NCBI GenBank assembly: GCA_963782115.1
Contig: CAWAIK010000001.1
Span: 448,001 to 512,000, forward strand
Length of the DNA: 64,000 bases
Direction: 5' to 3'
DNA from: an uncultured Verrucomicrobiae bacterium
GTDB lineage: Bacteria; Verrucomicrobiota; Verrucomicrobiia; Chthoniobacterales; JAFAMB01
The notes below the pieces were generated by a model. The model did no database searches. It was not told where the DNA came from and saw only the letters and a list, made by a program, of their open reading frames with translations. The position numbers and the translations under genes are program-made. Position 1 is the first letter of the stretch. Each line of letters opens with the position of its first letter. This document shows, one piece after another, positions 56,801 to 64,000 of the stretch.

Positions 56801-57178
56801 TTATTTTTTAGATGGGTTTCCAGTTAGGGTTACAAGGGGTGACTTCCGTAGTTGCCGCTCCACCGAAATAAGTCCCACTGTTTCCAATGCGGTCAGGGCG
56901 CGGGACTTTTGATCTTTTGAGACGCGGAATCCGCGAATTTCCGTAGTCGCCAACCGGACGGGGTTCTCCTGAAAACTCGCGAACCAAAGTCGCACGATGT
57001 TTAAGAGGACCGCCAAGGTCGCATCCTTCTTCTGGGCGCAAAGTCTTTCGAACGCTTCAGCCGGAAAGGTGTAGTGTTTCAGCTCGTTTTTTAGAGAGAG
57101 TTTCACAGGGTCGACGTATTTCTGAAGCCCTTTATCCCACACCAAACGCTTCCCTTCTTCCTTAGCGCGCTTCGTCAT
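56801..57178 (-). CDS. Winged-helix DNA-binding protein
   Basis: VSKDQKSRALTALETVGLISVERQLRKSPLVTL wHTH pattern. Confidence 0.72.
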   Translation of the reverse strand: MTKRAKEEGKRLVWDKGLQKYVDPVKLSLKNELKHYTFPAEAFERLCAQKKDATLAVLLNIVRLWFASFQENPVRLATTEIRGFRVSKDQKSRALTALETVGLISVERQLRKSPLVTLTGNPSKK

Positions 57179-57240
57179 TCGACAACCCCCAATGTTGTTG
57201 CAACGCCTGGACGATGTGTTCACGCCAGCGGCTGTTCGCG

Positions 57241-57426
57241 CTAAGGGATGAACTCTTCCCTTTCCGTAACGGAGCTGTAGCCATTATCAAGTTTCCACTC
57301 CAAGCGGATCTTATCGTTGGCCGGGAACCAGAAGGCGTCGATTTCTTTACCGACTATTGAAGCCCAGAACTGGATGCTTCCATCCTTCTTTGGGCTCCAA
57401 CAGAGAGCGTCTTCCTTATTTTCCAT
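57241..57426 (-). CDS. Small hypothetical protein
   Basis: 61-aa ORF overlapping the upstream gene's stop, with a GGAG RBS-like sequence. Confidence 0.5.
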   Translation of the reverse strand: MENKEDALCWSPKKDGSIQFWASIVGKEIDAFWFPANDKIRLEWKLDNGYSSVTEREEFIP

Positions 57427-57652
57427 CGTCCGCTCCTTCCTTGCGAAAGTTCTTCAACCACGCCTCTACTTCAGATGCGCGAACGCGAAGGGCTCCTCCC
57501 GGCAACTGAAGCCGAGGGAACGACGGGAACCGCCGCGCCCATGTAGACAATGTGTCCGCGCTCACGTTGAGCGTTTGCGCGATTTCCTCCAGGCGAAGGT
57601 ACTGTTCGCGGGAGCCGTCAATTATGACTTCTGTCACTGATTTTGTACTCAT
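57416..57652 (-). CDS. AlpA/excisionase-like HTH protein
   Basis: YLRLEEIAQTLNVSADTLSTWARRFPSFPRLQLPGGALRVRASEVEAWL. Confidence 0.82.
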   Translation of the reverse strand: MSTKSVTEVIIDGSREQYLRLEEIAQTLNVSADTLSTWARRFPSFPRLQLPGGALRVRASEVEAWLKNFRKEGADDGK

Positions 57653-57905
57653 CACGCGGTAACTACTCGGCTGCGTGAAAGAGCACATTTTCGCCCTAGG
57701 ACGGAAATAATGAGGTCGAATCCCGTGTAACTATGGGAACTTTGTTAAGTGAAATCCGCGAATCCGCCCGAATTTGGCGCGAAAAAAATTTGCAATTCAG
57801 CGAAAATTTTTCCAATTCAGTCGCGAAATCCGAGGAAAATAACCCTCCCCAGCACCAGAATTGACAGCGATCATCAGGCGTGTACAGACCGCGAACTGAA
57901 AGGAA

Positions 57906-58060
57906 CTGTCGCGCCTACCACGACACACTGTCGCGCCTAGTGCGAATGGTGTTTCGCGCCTACCACGACAGAAAAAGGCAATCTGTCGCACAAGACGAGA
58001 ATACGGTCCCTATTTGTTATTTTTTTGTTATTCTCGTTTTGTTTTTGTTAAAACAAATAA
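57906..58060. repeat. Iteron-like direct repeats followed by an AT-rich tract (putative replication origin)
   Basis: TCGCGCCTA core at 57909, 57931 and 57954 (spacing 22/23), two copies extending as CCACGACA; degenerate copy near 57986; AT-rich 58011-58060. Confidence 0.7.
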
Positions 58061-58414
58061 TGAGAGTAGGGGGTAATATCTCCCTGGAAGAAGAGTTTCT
58101 TCTGGAAGTGGGGCATTTCTGGAGCGTTCGTGTCGCCCTCGCTCGACGAGAGCGAAGCGAGCACAAGCGGACGGGGTTATCCTCTGTTTTAGATCCTACC
58201 TCTTCTCGGAAGCCATTGTTTTTCTACGATAGGAGCGACCCCAGCTCTCCAGGCGCTCCGCGCCCTCTACGCGGACGCTGCAGGACGATCGAGGCAGCGC
58301 TCGGGTCGTGCCCGTGCGCCTTCACTGATGTGTGCCGCTGTCGGCTCGCGGAGCGAGCCCTGCAGTTTGGACATTTTCAACGCTTCCTAACAGCGCTAGA
58401 TTTAGATATAGCTT

Positions 58415-59785
58415 TCAGGCCGCAGCGGTTTGAACCATGGAGGGGTAACCAACAACATTTGTTGGCGTGCTCCGCCGGGCCTCAATCTGTTTGCGCAGAA
58501 GTGTCACCGCGTCCTGGCAGGAGGCACGCCTGGCGGCGTCGCGCCACTTTGGGAGCAGTTCATAGTCATTGGTGCGCTTTGGTCCGTAGGTTTCTAAGAC
58601 GCTCAAGAGCATTACGCTGTAGGTTGCAACCATCAATGCCGGGACACGCGGCACGCTTAAATCAGCCCAGACCTGTGCCTGACCCACTCCAAGGATGCTC
58701 TTTTCGTCGCGATGATTGATTTCAATTTGCCAACGATCGAAGTAGGCTTGCAAAAGTTTTTTGGCACTCAACTTGTTATCGTCGCACAACAGGTAGGCTT
58801 CTTCGCGGTAATTGACATTGCCTGCTTTAGTCTTGCGATACGGGACGGGCGCCACGACAAAGAGGCGCAAAAGCCGTCGACCGCCTCCCCGTTGCCAGAG
58901 CACTTGGCTGACTTCCTTGAAGCGGATTCTGCGGTATTTGGAGCCGTGAAAGATTTTGGTCTCTTTCCACGGGATAGTGGAGTCTTTATAGACCGATTCG
59001 GGGCTAAAGAGCTCTGTTCCATAATAGCGACGACCCTGCCCCTGATGGGGAAAACAAAGCCGCAGGTCTTTGCGAGCTCGCGTGATGAGGATAGTGCGAT
59101 CCAAAGGTTGGCGGAAGGTAGTTTTATTGCAGAAGGAGCCGTCGCCCACGGCAATGAGCTCCTTGTCTGCAAAACCATGGGCGTCAAAGTCTTGACGTAG
59201 GTCGCCCAGCATGTCGACAAAGGCCCTGGAGAGGTTATGGGTCTTTTTTGCCTCACGGTAAGCGGCCTTCTGTTGGGTGTTGGCGTTTTTGCCCGGCTTG
59301 CGCACGGGAGTGACTTCCTGAAAACGGATGGGCAGGCCGCGTGGTGAACTTTCTGCATCAAAGTCGTAGAGAGGCGTTAGCAGCGAGGCCTGGAGGAAGC
59401 GCTGGCCCCACATCAGGTTGGTGTGAAAAGGTGGACTGAGAGGATCACGCAGCCAGCGGGCGCTCTTAATTTTTTTGCCTGAGCGTTTGAGCCCGGTGTC
59501 GTCTAAGCCGACGACAATCTGTTTTGAGCAGTATTTGCCGACGGCGCTGTGCACGATCGGGTCAAAAAGAGCGTCTGCATCCCATCGACTGCGGTTGAAG
59601 AGCTTGTAATCGGCGCTCCAGTCCTGATGCTGGCGGTTGTTAAAGCAGATCGCGCGCGTGACGGTGCGACGTCCTAAGCCGCAGAGTAAGCCGAGCGCCA
59701 GTGCGCTGGCCCGCTCACAGGTGCGCTTTTGGCCGAAGGCGGGCGCCCAGCCTTCAAGTAAATGGAGTAAGGTCTCTAAGAGCAT
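58415..59785 (-). CDS. DDE transposase (IS701/IS4-like superfamily)
   Basis: VGLDDTGLKRSG, AVGDGSF and YFDRWQIEINHRDEK (YREK-like) motifs. Confidence 0.9.
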   Translation of the reverse strand: MLLETLLHLLEGWAPAFGQKRTCERASALALGLLCGLGRRTVTRAICFNNRQHQDWSADYKLFNRSRWDADALFDPIVHSAVGKYCSKQIVVGLDDTGLKRSGKKIKSARWLRDPLSPPFHTNLMWGQRFLQASLLTPLYDFDAESSPRGLPIRFQEVTPVRKPGKNANTQQKAAYREAKKTHNLSRAFVDMLGDLRQDFDAHGFADKELIAVGDGSFCNKTTFRQPLDRTILITRARKDLRLCFPHQGQGRRYYGTELFSPESVYKDSTIPWKETKIFHGSKYRRIRFKEVSQVLWQRGGGRRLLRLFVVAPVPYRKTKAGNVNYREEAYLLCDDNKLSAKKLLQAYFDRWQIEINHRDEKSILGVGQAQVWADLSVPRVPALMVATYSVMLLSVLETYGPKRTNDYELLPKWRDAARRASCQDAVTLLRKQIEARRSTPTNVVGYPSMVQTAAA

Positions 59786-60666
59786 GGTCGCAAGCTCTGG
59801 GTTAGACGCTGGCGAAAGTCCTTGCAGAGCGCCCGCACATAAATGTCTTTGATCGGCACACGAGAAAGCCGAGAGCGATCGTTACGACCACGGCCCTGAG
59901 TTTGGCCCAGCCAGCTCCAGTTGGCCGCTCGATAGCAGGTCCCCCGGAAGCGCTCGCACTCGACAAAGGTCTCGGCCAAGTAGATCGGATGACCGTACTT
60001 GAGCTGCCAATTTGCGGAGAGCATCCAAAGCGAAGCGCTTAACAAATAAGAAGCCAGATTTTTGACTCGCACCCAAGGCAGGATTAAAAAACGCTGGTTG
60101 TTTGCAACGTAGCACAGGTTGGCTTCGCGCTGGGCTCTACTCCAGCCGATGAGCTGGTCACGAACTGCCAGCTTCCACGCCGCGGCTCCGTAAAGCAGGC
60201 AAGCCAAGGGACGAGCGTGACAATCAAAAGCCAAATATTTGATGTTCTCACCAGATGCTCCGCTGTAAGGCAGATAATGATAACGCCACAAAAGCCAATC
60301 AAAGAGAGCTAACTCTTCGGGGCTCTGCGCCGGTAGGATGCTGAGGGGTTCCAACCTCCTGAGCTGGCTTTCGACAGGCTCAACCAGCGGCTGGGCGATG
60401 GGAGCCACTGGGCGAAAAGGGCAGCCGTTATTGGAAGGCTTCTGACGGGCCGGCAAACAGATCAAGCCTTTTTGCTCCAGTTTCAGGAGCAGCGAGCGGC
60501 AGGCCATATCCTTGAGCTGGCCTACGTGATTTCGCCACTGCCACCGTTGTGCAATGTGCACAGAGAGCTTGGTCCGGTTCCAGCCAGGATGAGCGTCAAT
60601 GAGTTGGCGGATCCATTCCAGATCCTTTGCTTCTAACGTACGGCTCTGAATATATAATGACTCCAT
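59776..60666 (-). CDS. DUF4338 domain protein (DruA-like) carried inside the IS
   Basis: CRSLLLKLE, YHYL, ANNQRFLILPWVRVKNLAS, LAETFVE and GTCYRAANW..LGQTQGRGR motifs. Confidence 0.9.
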   Translation of the reverse strand: MESLYIQSRTLEAKDLEWIRQLIDAHPGWNRTKLSVHIAQRWQWRNHVGQLKDMACRSLLLKLEQKGLICLPARQKPSNNGCPFRPVAPIAQPLVEPVESQLRRLEPLSILPAQSPEELALFDWLLWRYHYLPYSGASGENIKYLAFDCHARPLACLLYGAAAWKLAVRDQLIGWSRAQREANLCYVANNQRFLILPWVRVKNLASYLLSASLWMLSANWQLKYGHPIYLAETFVECERFRGTCYRAANWSWLGQTQGRGRNDRSRLSRVPIKDIYVRALCKDFRQRLTQSLRPCS

Positions 60667-61440
60667 TTCCGGAAGTCACTACACCGAACGAAATCCCGAG
60701 GCCAGCAAAAAAAACAAAAAACTTTTGCCTAGCGAAAAATCTAAGATTTCACCCGGCTTAACCGTCTCGAAATGTCCAAACTGCAGGGCTCGCGGAGCGA
60801 GCCTTGCGCGGGAACCTTCCTTGCGATACCCCGCCGACTACACCACCACCGGGACGCGCTGGGCCTATGATTTTGAGCCGACGCTCTTACCCGAGTTCCA
60901 AGAGCCCACAAAAGGAAACGCGTTCCCGTTTTATAATAGAGGATGATTGAATTGAAATTCCATCGTTGCAGCTCGAGTGATCCACAAATATGGGGCGTGA
61001 ATTGTCTCACCTGCTGGAGACGGCGCTTGCAAAACAAAGCCGAATGCACTGAGCGTGACGCCGGCGCCGAAAAGACGCGGGCGAAGGAATTCCAGAGCCA
61101 CCGAATTTGAGAACCGCCGCCGCGTTATCCGCCGCAGCGTGGTGGGCCATTCAGTTGATCATGCTGATCAGCGTTACAATTCCGGCTGCAATTCCACGCC
61201 CGGAATTGCCAGGATTTGTCGCCGCGCTCAAACATCGCCGACCAGTTAATCTTACCCGTCCGCCGCGCACCGTTCAAACTCAGGATCGCGTTTCTTTCTC
61301 AACAGGCTACCTATCGTCCAGACGGCAAAAATGCGCCATTTTAGGCACTGCTAACATAGCGAGCGCTTCATCAAAACGTCCTATAAACGATTCTGGATCC
61401 TCCATTTTCTGGAATTTGGCTCGTCGGCGCGCCATGTAAC

Positions 61441-61476
61441 AAAAATGAGCCGCTGGTCCTTCAGCTCCAGCGGCTC
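61441..61476 (-). terminator. Rho-independent terminator
   Basis: 10-bp stem GAGCCGCTGG/CCAGCGGCTC followed by a T-run on the minus strand, downstream of the 61520 gene. Confidence 0.75.
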
Positions 61477-61519
61477 TGCTAGGATAGTTCGAGCCTTTAT
61501 GTTCTCGCCTCGTTTACAC

Positions 61520-61978
61520 TTAGCCATGGGATTTTTGCCCTTTCGCCTTCTGGCTACTCTTTGTCTGCCCTACGAAGAACACACCGATTATGCCGCTCAG
61601 TAGACCTTGCAGAGGCGCTAGCCACAGACTTGAGATTTTCATCAATTCTAGCGGCTTTATTTGTACAAAATTGACGGCAAACAGTATGCTGACAACGCAA
61701 ATTAAATAAAATGCCGAAAGTCCCAGGCAGAGGTAGTAGGCAAACAAATTTACTTGGACGCCTGAATCTCGTTGCTGAATTGCCTCAACAACGACGGTGC
61801 TAAGAATCAATGTGAGAGTTGGTAAGATTGTCGGAAGTAGCCAGCTCCAAGCGTCAGAGACCCAAGTCCCCCAGGTCCCGGCGATACTTTGCACGATCAG
61901 AATAATCATCGCCAAACCTCCTCCACAGAACCAAAGTATCGCGACGTTTTGCTGACCTTTAGAGAAAGAAATGGGCAT
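61520..61978 (-). CDS. Hypothetical four-TM membrane protein
   Basis: Four hydrophobic segments; AWSWLLPTILPTLTLI; starts 3 bp after the upstream gene's stop. Confidence 0.75.
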   Translation of the reverse strand: MPISFSKGQQNVAILWFCGGGLAMIILIVQSIAGTWGTWVSDAWSWLLPTILPTLTLILSTVVVEAIQQRDSGVQVNLFAYYLCLGLSAFYLICVVSILFAVNFVQIKPLELMKISSLWLAPLQGLLSGIIGVFFVGQTKSSQKAKGQKSHG

Positions 61979-61981
61979 AAT

Positions 61982-63142
61982 CTACCGTAGCTTGGCTAAA
62001 GCACCCCACAGAGGGGTGCTTTTTAAGTGGGCGGAAGCTGATACATCGCTCGAATCCTTAAAAACCGGGTCATCATTGCGGGTCCTGCGTTCGAATTCGT
62101 AAACATAGGCGATACAATGATAGTCTTTCGTTACCGTGAGATCCGAATCAGATGTTCTCGCCAGAAACTTAGGACCCCCCTCTAGCTTTTTTTCTTGGTC
62201 CTGCGTCATTGGTTCTTCCTTCTCTTGAAATGGCACTCGCGACACAACTAACGCAATCATACGGTAGTGCCCTGCATCAGATTTGAACATTGCCTTCACG
62301 AATGAGGGTATCGAGAAATGCTCATAGCTTGGCAGGTCGAATGACCATCTTCCTGTCGTGACCGGAGTTCCATCAGCGCGTATTTGTTCAATGTGTGTTA
62401 TGATTGCGAATCCGGGTGCATGTTCTTTGTCAAGCCAGAAATAGCTTCTACGCTCGTATCCTGCTTCATCAAATGCTTTGCTAATTCTGTCGGACAATTC
62501 TTTTAACGTTAGTGCTCCATAGGAAAGGTTGAGCGGCAATTCGACAGTAGCTGTAGATTTAGGAGGAAAGAAAATAGGGAGCGTAGGTAGGATAGTCGGA
62601 GTCGGCGTGGTTTGTGCGCTCGGACTCGGGGTAGGTGTGACGCCATTGTCGCCGCTACCAACGTACTCTGCCGAATAAGTGTCAAATTTCGACGAAACTC
62701 CCACCTTCGGTGACTGTTTGACGTCGTAGACGTTATCGCCAACGACGCGTTGGCTTTGCGTATCGTAGATCATCACGGATTTCGCGCCCGTCGAGTTCTT
62801 TTCGCGCACCGTGTCTACTACGATATAGCGATTCTTAACGAGAGCCTTTCTCTCGGGCGACATATTTTGATAGGCGAGATTTGCCCGCGTTTCAGCGGTC
62901 CGTCGCTGCCACTCCGTCGCCTCGTGCTTGGCAATAACGTAAGCAGGTTTGCCAACAACCGCGCCGGTAGCCAAGCCAATTGCTACCGGCTCCGAGCTAC
63001 TTGCTCCTCCGGCTCTCGCGATGCCTCTGGTCAGCGCGCCTGAACCCGCGCCATTAGCGGACAGCGACAGATTTTCACAGCCTGTGAGAACGAGCGCTGC
63101 AGCGAGAGTTCCCAAGGTCAGCCGGGTCAATCGGAGATTCAT
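61982..63142 (-). CDS. Two-domain putative lipoprotein
   Basis: MNLRLTRLTLGTLAAALVLTGC lipobox inside the 541-aa ORF; Gly-rich segment, Pro/Thr linker, globular C-terminal domain. Confidence 0.72.
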   Translation of the reverse strand: MNLRLTRLTLGTLAAALVLTGCENLSLSANGAGSGALTRGIARAGGASSSEPVAIGLATGAVVGKPAYVIAKHEATEWQRRTAETRANLAYQNMSPERKALVKNRYIVVDTVREKNSTGAKSVMIYDTQSQRVVGDNVYDVKQSPKVGVSSKFDTYSAEYVGSGDNGVTPTPSPSAQTTPTPTILPTLPIFFPPKSTATVELPLNLSYGALTLKELSDRISKAFDEAGYERRSYFWLDKEHAPGFAIITHIEQIRADGTPVTTGRWSFDLPSYEHFSIPSFVKAMFKSDAGHYRMIALVVSRVPFQEKEEPMTQDQEKKLEGGPKFLARTSDSDLTVTKDYHCIAYVYEFERRTRNDDPVFKDSSDVSASAHLKSTPLWGALAKLR

Positions 63143-63239
63143 AGGCCAATGGACGCTCTGTGAGTAGTAATACCTTAATTCGTCGAAAAGCGCTAACCAA
63201 ATCGGGGGAGGTTCACACCTTGCGTGGGACATCGATTTC

Positions 63240-64000
63240 ACGCTGAGCAAGGTCGTAATTTTGCCAGAACCGGGTTCGCCCAAGATGAGCAGTAAACCCG
63301 TCGCGTCATATATGGAGCGAACACGTTGATCCGCCCGCGACCGCGAACCAATCGCATCAGACACTTCGACAGTGTATTTCCATGGTGCATCAATAAACTC
63401 GTCAACCTGCCTCTTGCCTAAAGAAATCAGCACTTCGTTGTAAAGCGAGTGTTTGAGAACGCCGTCCACCCAATACTCCTTTACTCTGCGGCGAAGAATT
63501 TCGAGTTGCTCTGCTTGCTCTTGATCGGGCGGCTGAGCAAGGGGCGGACGGTCATCTCTCCTTTGTGGCTTGCGAATCGCCAAAACGAACTTTGTGCGAT
63601 GCAGCACCCTCGTCTCTACTTAGGAAGTAATTGAGGCTTAGGTGCTGGCTTCTGACCTGTAATTCCCCAAATCAGTTGCTTGAGCGGATCTAACTCACTT
63701 CCCCGGAAGTCCACGTAATGGATGTTTTTCAACGTCCATGGCAGCTCCGGCGTTGTTTTGGCCGAAGCCAGGATTGTCGGAATGACCGGACATTTCCGCT
63801 TCATGAATTGGTCGAGAAAGGCCTGAATCTCCTCGTTCTGCCAGGGGCCAATACCGCTATTGCCCACAAAAACCGCTGTCGATTTTATGCTTTTTATCTG
63901 CTCTCCAAGCGCCGTTTGCCAGGAGGTTCCGGGCTGAATTTGTTCTTCATCCAGCCACGGTTTGACGCCTTCGCTGACCAACGTCCGACAGATCTCACGA
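63240..64000 (-). pseudogene. TIR-NACHT gene remnant (TIR domain, linker, P-loop start; truncated after Walker A; 5' end outside window)
   Basis: TIR: PWLDEEQIQPG, AVFVG..GPWQNEEI, VIPTIL, YVDFR; a one-base shift joins it to LRRRVKEYWVDGVLKHSL..LLILGEPGSGKITTLL, then homology ends. Confidence 0.8.

Larger units (their letters stand above)
58360..60786 (-). mobile_element. Two-gene insertion sequence with 17-bp terminal IRs and a 17-bp flanking direct repeat
   Basis: CTGCAGTTTGGACATTT (58360) / AAATGTCCAAACTGCAG (60770); GGCTCGCGGAGCGAGCC at 58343-58359 and 60787-60803. Confidence 0.92.
52326..64000. mobile_element. tRNA-Leu-associated integrated element / genomic island (right boundary not seen)
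   Basis: Abrupt switch to Xre/Xis-like regulators, PolA replication module, IS and cargo directly after the tRNA 3' end; att-arm-like repeats. Confidence 0.8.

Noticed and set aside
57906..58000. Possible mini-CRISPR
   Set aside because: Repeats are about 22 bp apart with no room for spacers; iteron-like instead
57880..58719. 279-aa plus-strand ORF
   Set aside because: It runs through the iterons, the AT tract and into the IS antisense; no protein-like features
59776..60666. Druantia defence system
   Set aside because: Only the DUF4338 gene is present, inside an IS; no DruE helicase or other dru genes
61982..63607. Single 541-aa protein
   Set aside because: An internal lipoprotein signal at 63142 and the truncated P-loop indicate a chance in-frame fusion

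Overview
Bacterial chromosomal window. Gene style and gene order suggest soil Verrucomicrobiota (Chthoniobacterales-like); this is an inference. Roughly 1-52 kb is housekeeping and metabolic: 3' end of nrdB, dcd, a broken nrdA, Ni transporter, peptidases, hemW, purD, thiD, apaG, beta-oxidation genes, tartrate dehydrogenase, rpoA-rplQ, gltB, pheA, scpAB, pdxJ, purH, rpiA, ssb-rpsF-pth-rplY-prs and dnaE. It is interspersed with IS remnants, REP-like repeats and deletion-scarred pseudogenes. Many essential genes carry single-base frameshifts, most likely long-read indel errors. The most interesting part begins at tRNA-Leu(TAG) (52244-52325). An integrated element follows with att-arm-like repeats and a divergent Xre/Xis-like switch bearing four copies of a 16-bp operator. 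It also carries a compact operon: AlpA/Xis-like HTH, small ORF, winged-helix protein, conserved unknown protein and a stand-alone family A DNA polymerase with 3'-5' exonuclease. Next to the operon is an origin-like locus (22-bp-spaced iterons, AT-rich tract, GNA-triloop hairpins). No primase, helicase, capsid or integrase is visible in the window. A two-gene IS (DDE transposase plus DUF4338) has inserted into one of the hairpins and duplicated all 17 bp of it. Cargo further right includes a decayed TIR-NACHT gene.
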